A DNA stretch of 64,000 nucleotides from Chiloscyllium plagiosum (Eukaryota), in contig NC_057713.1 in NCBI RefSeq assembly GCF_004010195.1, positions 13,145,940 to 13,209,939 of the forward strand, read 5' to 3'. The notes below the pieces were generated by a model, which searched no databases, was not told the DNA's origin, and was given only the letters and a program-made list of their open reading frames with translations. Of this stretch, positions 13,564 through 26,868 are shown in pieces (within the stretch, counting starts at the first letter, position 1; each line of letters begins with the position of its first letter). The position numbers and the translations under genes are program-made.

Positions 13564-14876
13564 ATCATGCAAAAAACTACACCTTATTATGAAAGACAAA
13601 TGCCTCTTCTTGTTAAGACTCTCTCAGTGACAATGAGAAAGAAGGATGGGTGGCAGCAAAATATGCTAATCACAAGCCACCAGTGGTTGTTACCCAGAAC
13701 CCAATATGATATGGTGATCATCGGTGGCTAACGTTGCTGAAGTACCTCATGATACAATAGTGGAGTGATTCCATGCTACTGGGGAAAATAAAATTCTGAA
13801 GGCAAATTAATTTACAGTTAATCAGGACACAGACGATTAGCAGCTGAAGCCTGTAAACCAACAGGCAATCAGCAGCACTCCAGAAGAAACCTTTACCTTG
13901 TAAGGGACAGAAGGAAAACAATGCGAGTAAGGAAGAAAGTAAATGCTAGCCACACTGGGAAGAGGCAGACTCCTTAAATAAAAAGGGTCTGAGAGAGTTA
14001 GAGATCCTCAAGGGCAAGGGAAAACTTCACAGTAAAGGAACAAAAGACGGAGTTGGGAAGGAAAGAAGGGAAAGGGAGCATTCACCCTTCAAAACCAAGT
14101 ACCACCGACATTTAAGCAGCAGGCTCAAAGCATATCAACAGTGTGCAGAGTAATGGACAGAAAATTACTTTATACCAACAGCATAGTGTCAGGAAAGTAG
14201 CATGTTTTCAAGTGACAACTTAAAACGACTGGGGAAAAAAAAGTGTTTAACAGAAGAAGGTAGTAAGAATTGCAAGGCTTTTAGAAGACTGGGACACACA
14301 ATCTAAACTGGGTTTTCAGTAGGAAAATCTATTAAGGCTCAGCCACGGAAATGTATTAAAAAGAAATTTGCAAGGAGAAGTGCTTTGGGCGTGAAAATTG
14401 AGAAAACATCAATTTTGCCCATGATGAAGGTGGGAAACTACTTTAGAAGGTGCTGAATCACCATTTTAATTGTTAAAGCAGGAAACCAAGACACAGCCTG
14501 GTCATTTAACACAGGCTAAACCTAGAATGAAGTAACAACAGTTTTTCTCGTTAATTTATTTAAGTTTAATGCTTTATTGGAAGAATTTCATATAGTGTTA
14601 TCAAAATACTGATTTTGAAAGTTTATAGGCAAAGAAAAGACATTATAAGAAAGTTTAAAAGTCTGAAGAAGCTTCAAGGCAACAGAATTTTGCCAGCATT
14701 GATTTAACATAGGGGTTCAAGATTTAAACCAATAGGTTAAAGTAGCATTAGAATACTGTACATTTAAAACAACTTTCAAAGGAATAGGAATAAACAAACA
14801 TATTAACAATAAATGAATGGATAAATAATACTTCTAAACCAAACAATGAATAAAGGTTGCTCAAATAAATCAGAAT

Positions 14877-15175
14877 GATTAGATTAGATTCCCTACAGTG
14901 TGGAAACAAGCCCTTCAGCCCAACAAGTCCACACTGACCCTCCAAAGAGTAACCAACCTCGACCTACTTCCCTCTGACTAATGCACATAACACAATGAGC
15001 AATATAGAATGGTCAATTCACCTAACTTGGACTGTGGGAGGAAACCGGAGCATCCGGAGGAAACGCACGCAGACACAGGGAGAACGTGCAGATAGTCGCC
15101 CGAGGCTGGAATCGAACCCGGGTCCCTGGTGCTGTGAGGCAGCAGTGCTAACCACTGACCCATCGTGCCGCCCCT
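14877..15175 (-). mobile_element. HE1-type V-SINE
   Basis: Reverse complement of the 16817-17129 family. Confidence 0.85.
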
Positions 15176-15918
15176 GACTGACTCCTTGGAACCCAGACCA
15201 ATGTCCACAATTTTGCGACTCAATCAAAAGAAAGCAAATGCCTAGTTTTAAAACCAGGACACTAAAAAAAAAATCTTCAAATAAAAAAAAGATCAAGAGG
15301 ACTAGAATACTACAAGGAAGAAAACATTTGTTCCAACTGTGCTATTGTCCTCAACGTTGGATAGTCATGAAATTAAAGCATCCCAAATCAATATTATGGA
15401 CAACTATCTAAATTAGCCGGGAAGAGTTCACCTGTGAAGGAAATTAGGAGATTAAGGGATCTCCACATAAAAGATAATACACCAAATACTGGGTTCAGCA
15501 GGAATGATATTCTCTACAAAAGGACATCTGAGAGATAAAACACTTCACTAATGCAGAAACGATTTACAGAAGAATGGTCCATGGTCCTTAAGTCAAAGAC
15601 CTCCCAATCCTTCAATTCAGAAGGGAATGTGCTTTGGAAGAACTGAGCAACATCCGGATATCCTGCGATTATGCAGCGGACACTTGTGGGCAGTTGTTTG
15701 GGGTGGGGGGGGGGGGGGGGGGTGTAACAGTAAATGGAAACTGTATAAATGTTGATAGTAAACAGCTTGGGGAGGGATGTTATATAAGATTATAGTTTTG
15801 AAAGTGTTAATGTTGAAGTTTCATTAGCTTTTCCCAGTCTGATGATATAACAGTCTTCTAGTGGAGAATCTGGCAATTTTGGTCCAGCTTCTAATGGAGA
15901 CTGACATGCCATTTATAG

Positions 15919-16422
15919 ATGTAAGTTTGCTCACTGAGCTGGAAGGTTTGTTTTCAGACATTTTGCCACCATACTACGTAACATCATCAGTGGGCCTCCG
16001 GTGAAGCGCTGGTGTTATGTTCCGCTTTCTATTTCTGTGTTTAGGTTTACTTGGGTTGATGTCATCATTTCCTGTGTTGGTGATGTCATTTCCTATTCTT
16101 CTTCTCAGAGGGTGGTAGATTGGGTCCAAATTGAGGAGTTTGTTGATTGATGGTATTCCAAACGGAACTCTATCAACAAACACATCGATTTGGACCCAAT
16201 CTACCACCCTCTGAGAAAAAGAACAAGAAATGACATCACCAACCCAAGGAAACCTAAACACATAAACAGAAAGAGGCACATAACACCAGTGTTTCACCAG
16301 ATGACCACTGATGATGTTACCTAGTATGGTGATGAAACGTCTGAAAATGAACCTTCCAGCTCAGCAAGCAAACTTACATCCAGAACATCAACCTGAGCTA
16401 CAAATCTTCTCAAAACTTGCTA
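15919..16422. mobile_element. Fold-back Penelope (Poseidon-type) 3'-end element, family C, with ~230-bp arms
   Basis: SINKHIDLDPIYHPLR remnant on both strands; CTGATGA..GAAACGTC at 16308-16341; TSD ATGCCATTTATAG at 15906-15918 and 16423-16435. Confidence 0.88.
16308..16341 (+). ncRNA. Minimal hammerhead ribozyme core (PLE type, palindromic ACGT in place of stem III)
   Basis: CTGATGA-T-GTTACC/TAGTAT/GGTGAT-GAAAC-GTC. Confidence 0.7.
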
Positions 16423-16816
16423 ATGCCATTTATAGTTCCTAATTGTTGTAATAATGCTGAAACATTCATGCCAATTGCACCTATTCCTATCATGCTTTCC
16501 TACATCTAGCTGTGAAAGATGGTATCTCTTCTCATTCGTGTTTGATTATTTGCCACTGATAATTAGACAGGACTTAGACTCAGCAGATTAACAGGTCCAG
16601 GCAGCAAGCTGTGGAGTGGGTCTCTGTGCCCAACTGCCTACCCTTCTTTGTGGTTACACCCGCACTTGAGTGTCTTATGTGAGGGAGCATGCCCACAGAC
16701 ACAATAGTGGCTTTTAAAGAACAATGGGCACTGCAGAGCCTGGCCATCATCACCCAGGCAACCATATTCTGATTTAGTAAGTTCCATTCATCAAAAGGAG
16801 AATGTTGCAGCGAATG

Positions 16817-17129
16817 ACGGCATGGTGGGACAGTGGTTAGCACTGCTGCCTCGCAGCGCCAGAGACCCGGGTTCAATTCCCGCCTCAGGCGACTGACTGT
16901 GTGGAGTTTGCACATTCTCCCAGTGTCTGCGTGGGTTTCCTCCGGGTGCTCCGGTTTCCTCCCACACTCCAAAGATGTGCAAGTCAGGTGAATTGGCCAT
17001 GCTAAATTGCCCGTAGTGTTAGGTAAAGGGGTAAATGTAGGGGTATGGGTGGGTTACGCTTCGGCGGGTCGGTGTGGACTTGTTGGGCCGAAGGGCCTGT
17101 TTCCACACTGTAAGTAATCTAATCTAATC
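16817..17129 (+). mobile_element. HE1-type V-SINE (tRNA-derived), full length
   Basis: A box TGGGACAGTGG, B box GGTTCAATTCC, V-domain GCGTGGGTTTCCTCCGGGTGCTCCGGTTTCCTCCCACA, (TAATC)n tail. Confidence 0.88.
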
Positions 17130-19906
17130 GAAATAAGCCACTCTTACAGGAGCCCAATAGGATATAGCATATTAAAACAGCGAGGTTATGAAGAACTATA
17201 CAATAAACCAGTTAGCCACACCTGGAGTATTGCACACAGCTCCAGTCACCACATTGCAGGAAGTGTGTAGTTTAGGCTGGCTCTTTTAGCCAACACATTC
17301 TAGGATTTCCATGTAACTAATCAGCATGAAAGCCGCCAGACTGCTGGGAAAAAAAAATTGACTAGTTTATTAATGAATTGATTCACCAATCATTGAATTT
17401 GATAATTCTATCAAAGTCTTAATTGGACAATCAGACTTTACTCAGTGATGCTCAGTGTGAAGTTTTATATATTTGCTGTTGGTATGTTGTTGGAACCTGT
17501 ACAGTTAAAATAATTTTACAAATGATTGGCTTTCAACAAGATAACCAAGATGCTGAGATTCAATTCCTGGTCTCAATTAGTGAGAGATGGGCACCGTAGG
17601 GCGGTGGAATGGTTTATCTCCAACCTCACTTGGATTTTGTTCCCTCCCTCACTTTGTCTGATGTCAGCATTGGCCTTAGGCTTTGCTTGTCAATGCACAT
17701 TTAGCCACGTGGGTGTTTTCCTGGTGGTGGAAAATAATAAAATCTATTCACAAAGGATTATCTTTTCTTTTCTTTATCTCACAATACGTAAAAAATACAC
17801 ACACATATATAAAAAACGCATGGGTGATCTGACAAAAGAGGAAACTAAAGGGCACTATTTGGCGCTATTAAAAAAAGAAAGAATAAAATAAAGCTCAAAT
17901 ATAAAAAGGAGTCTACAAATGGATATAAATTGAGTGAGAAGCAGTTCACCGAAGGCTCATTTGAATGATTCCTGGGATGAATTGATTATCATATGAAGAA
18001 AGGTTGGGCAGGTTGTGCCTGTACTCATTGGAATATAGGAAGCTGAGAGATGTTAGAAGTCCATAAGACATACGAGCAGAAATTAAGTCTGCTCCACTAT
18101 TCAATTATGGCTGATAAGTTTCTCAACCCCATCCTCCCGCTTTCTCCCTGTAACCCTTGATCCCCTTTGACAAACAAGAACCTGTCTGTCTCCATCTTAA
18201 ATGTACGGGATGATCTGGCCTCCACAGCCTTCTGTGGCAGTGAATTCCATAGATTGACCACTCTCTGGCTGAAGTACTTTCTCCTGATCTCCATTCTAGA
18301 AGATCTTTCCTTTACTTTAAGGCTGTGCCCTCGTGTCCTTATCTCTCCTACCATGGAAACACCTTCCCAACATTCATTCTGTCCAGGCCATTCAGTATGT
18401 TTCAATTAGATCCACCCTCACCGTTCTAAACCCCATCATGTCTACACCCAGAGTCCTCATATGTTAAGCTTTGCATCCCTGAGACCATTCTCTTGAACCT
18501 TGTCTTTACCCACTCCAGGGCCAGTACATCCTTCTGAAGATATGGGGCCCCAAAACTACGCACAATACTCCATATTTGGCCTGACCAGGGACTTATAGAG
18601 CCTCAGAAGTACATCCCTACTTTTATAATCTTTATTGAAATGTATATGATCCTGAGGGAACCTGACAACATGGATGCTGAAAATATGCTTCCCCTTATGG
18701 AAGAAACTCGCATTAGGGACCAGATTCAAAATGAGCAATCTCCTATTTAAAATGCAGAGAAGAAGAATTTTCTCTTTCAAAGCATGAGTCCGTGGTATTT
18801 TCTTCTCCAGAGAGCAGTGGAGGTTGGATCATTGAACATTTTTCAGGCTAAGTTAGACAGATTCTTGACTAACAATGGATTTCACTGACACAGGGAGAAG
18901 ACTGGCAAGTAAGGTTCAAGCTACAGACAAATCATCCATCATCTTATTAAATAGTGCAGCAGGCCTTTAGGGTGAATACCTTACTCCTGCTCCTAACTGT
19001 AATATTTGCTCATAATGTCCGCATCCAAACTATTTTGCACCAATCTGGGATTGGTCACTTCAATATTCATTTGCTGAACTCAATATCAAGCAACACCAAG
19101 TAAACAAAAGGCAATAAACTTTTGCACTGATGGCTTTTAAAATGTTGTGCATTATTGTAATGGTCTCTCTCTCTCTGTCATTCTCCCCTCAGGTTGATTG
19201 CTGTGACTAAAGCACTGTCCTATAAGAAGATTGAGTTGAATGTACTTATTGTCACCGGAATTTAGAAGAATGAGAGGCGATTATCTGGAAACAAAGATTC
19301 CAAAAGAACTGGATAGGGTGGGTGCAGTGACGTGGTTTCCCCCTGGCTGAAGGGCCTAGAAATAGGGATAACACACTCAGGATCAGGGCAGGTTATTTCG
19401 GACAGAGGAGGAGAAGAATTATTTTCACTCAAAGGAACAATTGTAGGCCATTCATCCCCTCAAGGCTGTTCCACTATTCAATGAGATCATGGCTCCATAT
19501 ACCTACTTTTGGCTCAAATCCCATAATACTTTTGCTTAAAAAGTCTTCAGACTAAAAATTAACAATTGATCCAGCATCCACTGTTGTTTGTGAAAGTGTG
19601 TTTCAAACCTGTACCACCTGTGTGTAGAAGTGTTTCCTAACATATCTGGCAAATGGGACTAGATTAATTTAGAATATCTGGGCGGCATGGATGAGTTGGA
19701 TCGAAGGCACCATTTCCATGCTGCACATCTCTATGACTCTATCTTCTGAATGGTCTGGCCATAATTCTCAGGCTCCACCCCCAAGTTGTAGAATCTCCAA
19801 CCAGCGGAAGTAATTTATCTTTATCTACCCTGTCTTTTCCTGTTAGTATTTTGAAGACTGCAATCAATTCATCCCTTAACCTTCTAAGTACTAGAGAAAA
19901 CAGATT

Positions 19907-20812
19907 TAGTCATAGAGATGTACAGCATGGAAACAGACCCTTCAGTCCAACTTGTCCATGCCAACCAAATATCCCAAACCAATCTAGTCCCACCTGCCAG
20001 CACCTGGCCCATATTCCTCCAAACCCTTCCTATTCATATACCCATCCAAATGCCCTTTAAATGTTGCAATTGTACCAGCCTCTACCACTTCCTCTGGCAG
20101 CTCATTCCATACACGTACCTGCGTGAAAAAGTTGCTCCTTAGGGGTCTTTAAATCTTTCCCTTCTCACCCTAAACCTATGCCCTCTAGTTCTGGACTCCC
20201 CCACCCCAGGGAAAAGATTTTGTCTATGTATGCTATCCATGCCCCTCATAATTTTGTAAACTCTATAAGGTTGCCACTCAGCCTCCGACGCTCCAGGGAA
20301 AACAGCCCCAGCCTGTTCAGCCTCTCCCTATAGCTCAAATCCTCCAACCCTGGCAACATCCTTGTAAATCGCTTCTGAACCCTTTCAAGTTTCACATCTT
20401 TCCAATAGGAAGGAGATCAGAACTGCACACAATATTCCAACAGTGGCCTAACCAATGTCCTGTACAGCCGCAACATGATCTCCCAACTCTTGTACTCAAT
20501 ACTCTGACCAATAAAGAAAAGCATACCAAACGCCTTCTTCACTATCTTACCTACATGCAACTCCACTTTTATGAACCTGCACTCCAAGGTCTCTTTTTTC
20601 AGCAACACTCCCTAGGACCTTACCATTAAGTGTATAAGTTCTGCTAAGATTTGCTTTCCCAAAATGCAGCACCTCACATTTATCTAAATTAAACTCCATA
20701 TGCTACTTCTCAGCCCATGGGCCCATCTGATCAAGATCCTGTTGTAATCTGAGGTAACCTTATTCGCTGTCATTTGCAAATTTACTAATTATACCTCTTA
20801 TACTCGCATCCA
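19907..20812 (-). mobile_element. CR1 LINE 3' fragment (same family as 54241-56068)
   Basis: LRLYRTLVRPLLEYCVQF; same 3' UTR and tail. Confidence 0.9.
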
Positions 20813-21431
20813 TTGTTTCCTAATTTGTATAATCTCTCCCCGTAGTCCAGGTATCCTTTTGGTTATAGTGGGTTATGGATCTTTGGAATTCCCTGCCCCA
20901 AAGGGCTGTAGGCACTCAAACAATGAGTATCCTTAAATTTCTGATCAACAGCTTTGTAAATTATATGGAATCAAAGGAATGGGATGGACAAGTGTACTTG
21001 AGGCGGAATAACAGTCATGACCTTATTGAATGGTACAGCAGGTTGGAAGAACTTTAGGAACATCACTAATTTCATTTTGCAGCTTCCACTGGTTTGAAGA
21101 GGTAAAGCTATCGAACCGGAGAATAGTTTTTTTTATAAAAAACATAGTTTTCCCTATTACCTGAATTAAGTGAGTTAAGCAATTGAACAATTCTGGTCAG
21201 TGAATATTGCATTTGCCAATTGCTTGCAAACATACAATGCAAAAAAGACTTAAACTGCAATCCCTTCCAATAACTTGTTTCCACCAATGCTGTCATTGAA
21301 ATGATAACCATAGAAAGGAGGCTGAAAATTTAGACATTAGTAAATATTACAACAATTTTGAAATTCACCAAGCACTTGTTTCAATGAGTAAAGATTGGTC
21401 TGTTGGTCAGCCAAAGCTTCATTTTCTTTGG

Positions 21432-21640
21432 CGAGAGTGTGATGCTGGAAAGACACACCTGGTCAGGCAGCATCTGAGGAGCAGGAGAATCAGCGTTTTA
21501 GGCACTAGCCCTTCATCAGGAAGGGCTTATGCCCAAAACGTCGACTCTCCTGCTCCTCGGATGCTGCCTGACTGCCTGTGCCTTTCCAGCAGCACACTCT
21601 CGACTCTGATCTCCAGCATCTGCAGTCCTCACTTTCTCCA
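21432..21640. mobile_element. Fold-back PLE pLTR element, family A, about 100 bp into IMPA2 intron 2
   Basis: Inverted arms meeting at CTTCATCAGG|AAGGGCTTATGCCC; tail present; TTCTTTGG on both flanks. Confidence 0.82.
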
Positions 21641-21743
21641 GCTTCTTTGGTAATACTATTGAATCTGCATCAAATTTGGGGAAAGGACAAAAACAGAGTT
21701 ACACCATTTTTGGGACCTAAAACTGTCAGTGAAAACCACATAC

Positions 21744-21877
21744 CTGTGTGAAGGAAACTTGTTGCTTAGCGTTGAGATGATAAGATTTTCAACAAGCTGG
21801 TCTGTTTCAGTTACGAGGTCTGCTGCTGAGGACTTAGTCTGCACTCGCTTTTCACTTGTTAATGCTTCCCTAATTAT
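21744..21877 (-). CDS. IMPA2: IMPA2 coding exon 2 (IIREALTSEKRVQTKSSAADLVTETDQLVENLIISTLSNKFPSHR)
   Basis: 134 nt, AG acceptor and GT donor, phase 0/2. Contains the IMPase K..xDLVTETD motif. Confidence 0.95.
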
Positions 21878-23884
21878 CTTTGAACAAAGATAAGGACATT
21901 ATAACAGTAACTTGCTTTTACTGTTAGATTAAATTACATTTAGTACTCTCCTCCTACACTGCACTTCCACACCTCAGGAAATTCTTATTTTGAATATGTA
22001 TACATATTTTTAAAAACAGGCAGACACTCAACATTCGGCTATCAGCCAAGACAAGTCTTTTCCTTGAGCAAGTTTGTTCCAAAGCCAAACTTGGCTGAAT
22101 TACTCAATCTGTTCAAATGACTCTGTTCACTCTGGAACATGGCATTTTCTCCATCTGAAAAAAAAATCCATTGCAGAAAGAGGGAAAGAGCTATGAAGTG
22201 GCAGATCTGCATGAAGATGCCGCATAAAACCATGACTCATATTTAGTTGGCGAAATAAGGCTAATGGCATTTGACCACAAGAAGAAGGAAGAGGTGTAGG
22301 CCATTTGGCCCCTCAAACCTACTCCACTATTCATGGCTGATCTGACATTTCTCACGGCCAGTTTCCTGCCCATTCCCCATATGCTTGATTCTCCTACTGA
22401 TTAAGAATTGATGTATCTATCTATCTCAGCTTTTGACACAGACTCTGCCCCGCAGCTCTCTGTGGCAAACAGTTCCAAAGTTTCTCTCTCATCATCTCAA
22501 TCTTAAATTCACACCCATTAATTTTGAGACAATGCCCTCTGGTCCTAGATTCCCTTACGAGGGAAAACATCCTCTCAGCAGCTACTCTGTCAATCCCTCA
22601 AGAATCCTATATATCTCAATCAGATCACACCTCAGCCTTCTAAGTTCCAATGAGGAGAATCCCAACCTGTTTAACCTTTGGTCATAAGACAATCCTTCCA
22701 TATCTGAATGAACATTCTCCGAACTGTTGCCAGTGAATCAAATACTTTCCTTAAGTAAGGGGACCAAAACTGCTCACAGCGTTCCAGCAGTGGTCTCACC
22801 CGGACCTTGTACAGTTAAAGTGAGATTTCCCTACTCTTATACTCCAATCCCCTCGAATTAAGGGCCAGCATTCCACGAACCTTCGTGATTACCTGTTGTC
22901 GGTGTGCTAGCCTTCTGTGTTTTGTGCACAAGTGACCCTAAGCCCATGATGCAACTTTTCTCCATTTAAAGTAATACTGTTCTTCATTACAAAATTAACA
23001 GCTTTGCATCCCCCCCCCCCCCATTATACTCCATTTGCTAACTTTATTGCTCACTTTTACCTAACCTTTCGATATCTCTTTTTAAACTATTCGTATCCCT
23101 CTCAGAACTTATTTCTGCAACATCTGCACATTTGGCTACAATACATTTTACTTCCTTCCCCCAAGTCATTAATATATATTGTAAACAGTTGTTTGCTGTT
23201 ACTCATGGCGAAAATTATAGTGGCACGGATAAAGACAGATTCAGTTCACCAAAAACATTGTCTGAAATACACCCGTCTGCTATTCGTGTCACGAAAATAT
23301 CTCACTCTCTGAAGGAGTGATACTGGGCTCAAAATACTAACTCACTGCACAGACGTTGCAAGACTTGTCAAGTTTCTCTAACTCTTTCTGTTTTCAACTC
23401 ACTATCTGGCTTCAACTTGAGAGGCAATGAACAGGATAATATTGCTGTATGTGTAGGTAGATGAACAACTCGCTTCCCAATGTTGAAGCCTTAGGCTAAA
23501 ATGAACAACTACAATTTTAATGGTATGATAACTTAATTATTACCAGTCAACCCCCCGTGAATTTAAAGAGCTATTATAAGTGTGGAATATCTTACGTTTT
23601 CATTGTTATTGGGTTTCTTTAAATGTAACCCTAAACATTAATTAAGAATGACCTTTTCTCTCTATTACATGCCTCCTGCATTAATAGAATTGTTATTCCT
23701 CCCTTTGTCTCTGGCTCATCCTGATTTGATACTGAATACAACAATTCTAGTTTTCTGAGGAAGGGTCACTGAAGCCGAAACATTAACTCTGATTCCCCTC
23801 CGCAGATGCTGCCAGACCTGCTGAGTTTTTCCAGCAATTTCTGTTTTTGATTTCCAGATTCCGCCGTCCTTTCCTTTTTTGGTA

Positions 23885-24215
23885 CACATTGATGGGATGT
23901 GGGCTATGCTGGTATTTAATGTCCATCCCTAATTGCCCAGAGGACAGTTGAAAGTCAATCACATTGCTGTGGGTCAGGAGTCACGTGTAGGCCAGACCGA
24001 GGACAGCGGTTTCCTAAAGGACATTAGTGTACCAGATGGGTTTTCCAACAATCTGGCGATGGATTCATGGTCATCATTAGACTCTTAATTCCAAATTTTT
24101 TACTGAATTCAAATTCCACCCTCTACCACACAGGGATTCGAATCTAGATATCCAGAACATTAGCTGAGTTTCTGGATTAACAATCCAGCGATAATACCAC
24201 TGGGCTGTCGCTTCC
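23885..24215 (-). mobile_element. Second tRNA-derived SINE family (other copies near 3700-4040, 9660-9840, 33420-33710, 34870-35270, 37345-38065, 60310-60570)
   Basis: Shared core AAGGAAATCTG.C.TCCTTACCTGGTCTGGCCTACATGTGACTCCAG and a pol III-like head. Confidence 0.7.
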
Positions 24216-25293
24216 CCACTTCCATTTGCTGAAAAGATCAGGCTGATGAGATGGCCATAAAACACACTGGGAATCTGGGGCCTGAGAGTACAGGGCGGAG
24301 CAATGGTACCCCTCCCTCACCAAGTAGATGAAGAGATTGCTAAATAAACCGCACAAGAATACAGGAGGAAGTGGAAATGAGAAGGGGCAAATTCATTTTT
24401 AAATCAATTCCAGAAGCCCTGTTTCAAACTGTCAGCTGCACTCTCTCTGGATCATATACATTACATCGGCCACTCCTTGTGTTAGATTATAGCCGCTCCC
24501 ATTAATTCCCAGAGAACTGAAAGGTTACCACCTTTTATCTCTAACAGCATTTCCACCTGAGGAAGCATTGGCCTGCTTAGCGAACCCCAAAACATGAAAA
24601 AGGACGCCCCTTAACCTTATGGGAAAAGGCGAGGCTGACCTTTCTAGCCTCAGTCGTCCTCGTAATTTCTCCTCCTCCACACTCTTCATGGAGACGGAGA
24701 ATCCCACCGGGTGGTGGGGTGGCCGAACCCCCCCTCTCCTCCTCCTCCATGCTGGTGTGAAGAGGTTGAAATGTGGAACATGAACTATAGGGGACTGCAG
24801 TTTAATCTCAAGGTCTCTCTGACATTCAGTCGGACTCTGGGGATTTCTCAGGACTGACCGGTGGCGGAAGCAGTCTGCTCTGTGTTTTGTTTCTGGATTT
24901 AAACCAAAGAGGTTGTACCTCCTTAACGTTTTAAAACATTTGAAACGTGTTCCCACCACATTCCCACACTGGCTGACAATCCGTGCAGGCATGACTTAGA
25001 GAAGAAACGTTAATCCTGGTCTCCCACCTGAATTGGAAATGTCACTGGTATAACAATTCCATTTTCTTTCTCTTATAACACCCCCTCCCCCCCCATTTCC
25101 TTGGCCTATCAGTTGGTTACACAACACTAGACCTTGTTTCACGGGGTTAAAAATCAATTTCCTACTTCAAATTAAACTATCAGACCCACTTTTGTTTTAA
25201 AAAACAGCAGCGGCCTCTCAGGATATAAAGTGTCATTATAAAGACATCTCCTGCCTGGATCCGCTCCGGTTACTTCCCCCAGCCTCTGTGTAC

Positions 25294-25380
25294 CTGGCCG
25301 GCTTCCAGGGCCACCTGTACCGCTGCCTTCAGATACTCTTCCAGCAGCTCCTCTCTGCTTCTCTCCCCCGAACCGGCCAT
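25294..25380 (-). CDS. IMPA2: Inositol monophosphatase 2, coding exon 1 (MAGSGERSREELLEEYLKAAVQVALEAGQ)
   Basis: ATG at 25380-25378, 29 codons, CAG|GTAC donor (phase 0). Matches the IMPase N-terminal helix (..AVQ.AL.AGQ) and joins exon 2 in frame. Confidence 0.88.
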
Positions 25381-25661
25381 TGCCTTCCCCTTCGCTCGGG
25401 CAGCTTGCAGAACAGCGAACCCCCCCCTCTCTACAGATATATCATACACACCAGTCCCTCTCTGCTGCTCTCTAGTGTGAATCACTGCAATGAACAATTC
25501 TCTCCGTATAGCTCACACCAATTTCTCTGTCGCTCTCCAGTGACTATTGCAACTGTAAACCTGCTCACTCAGAGATATCGACAGCCCATCGAATCTGCAT
25601 AGCTCCTGTTTAAAACCCTTTTCCCAGCACTTGTTCCATAGTCTTACATGCCCAGCATATG

Positions 25662-25930
25662 GGAATCGATTCCCTACAGTCTGGAAACAGGCCCTTCGGC
25701 CCCAACAAGTCCACACCAACCCTCTAAAGAGTAACTCACCCAGATCCATTCCCCTACATTTAACCCTGACTAACGTATTAACACTATGGGCAATTTATCA
25801 CAGTCAATTCACCTGACCTGCACATCTTTGGACTGTGGGAGGAAACCAGAGCAAACACACACAGACACGGGGAGAATGTGCAAACTCCGCGCACACAGTC
25901 ACCCGAGGCAGGAATCGAACCCCAGTCCCT
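25662..25930 (-). mobile_element. HE1-type V-SINE just upstream of IMPA2 exon 1
   Basis: Same family, 5'-truncated. Confidence 0.8.
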
Positions 25931-26368
25931 TATGAAGGTGGGAAGTTCCAGATTCTAACCACCCTTTGGTTGAAAAAATCCTTTTATCCCCTTTAAACTG
26001 CCTACCCCTTACACTCAGTCACAACTAACAATTATCTGCCAATGCAGTCTCACCCTCTCTCTGCTTTCTAGGTGTATTCCATAACAATCTGCTCAGTCAC
26101 AATTGACAATTGTGACTCTCCCAATATTTCTCACACCCATCTGTTTGGTTGTCTCTCTCTGCTGCTCTCTAGCACGTATCCCAGATGGCAGCGTAATCAC
26201 CCACTGAGTCAGGAATAGCAATCGATCCCTTCTCTGTCTCACACACACTGGTTGGTCTACCTCTCTCTCTCTCTCTGTTGCTCTCTAGTATGTCTCCCAG
26301 ATGGCAGTCTGCCTACTCACTCAGGATTTGGAGATGCCGGTGTTGGACTGGGGTGTACAAAATTAAAA

Positions 26369-26868
26369 NNNNNNNNNNNNNNNNNNNNNNNNNNNNNNNN
26401 NNNNNNNNNNNNNNNNNNNNNNNNNNNNNNNNNNNNNNNNNNNNNNNNNNNNNNNNNNNNNNNNNNNNNNNNNNNNNNNNNNNNNNNNNNNNNNNNNNNN
26501 NNNNNNNNNNNNNNNNNNNNNNNNNNNNNNNNNNNNNNNNNNNNNNNNNNNNNNNNNNNNNNNNNNNNNNNNNNNNNNNNNNNNNNNNNNNNNNNNNNNN
26601 NNNNNNNNNNNNNNNNNNNNNNNNNNNNNNNNNNNNNNNNNNNNNNNNNNNNNNNNNNNNNNNNNNNNNNNNNNNNNNNNNNNNNNNNNNNNNNNNNNNN
26701 NNNNNNNNNNNNNNNNNNNNNNNNNNNNNNNNNNNNNNNNNNNNNNNNNNNNNNNNNNNNNNNNNNNNNNNNNNNNNNNNNNNNNNNNNNNNNNNNNNNN
26801 NNNNNNNNNNNNNNNNNNNNNNNNNNNNNNNNNNNNNNNNNNNNNNNNNNNNNNNNNNNNNNNNNNNN
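26369..26868. other. Assembly gap (500 N)
   Basis: Run of N. Confidence 1.

Noticed and set aside
13600-15730. Possible LTR-retrotransposon remnant (poly-G tract then TGTAAC at about 15700-15728)
   Set aside because: No recognisable gag/pol motif or paired LTR could be confirmed by eye.
16817-16890. tRNA-like sequence
   Set aside because: It is the head of an HE1-type SINE that continues into the V-domain and tail, not a tRNA gene.
24525-24992. 155-aa minus-strand ORF in IMPA2 intron 1
   Set aside because: No recognisable domain, and IMPA2 exons 1 and 2 already join in frame without it.
25381-25497. N-terminal extension of IMPA2 suggested by the ORF track
   Set aside because: It relies on a non-ATG start. 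The ATG at 25380 has good context and gives a normal-length N-terminus.
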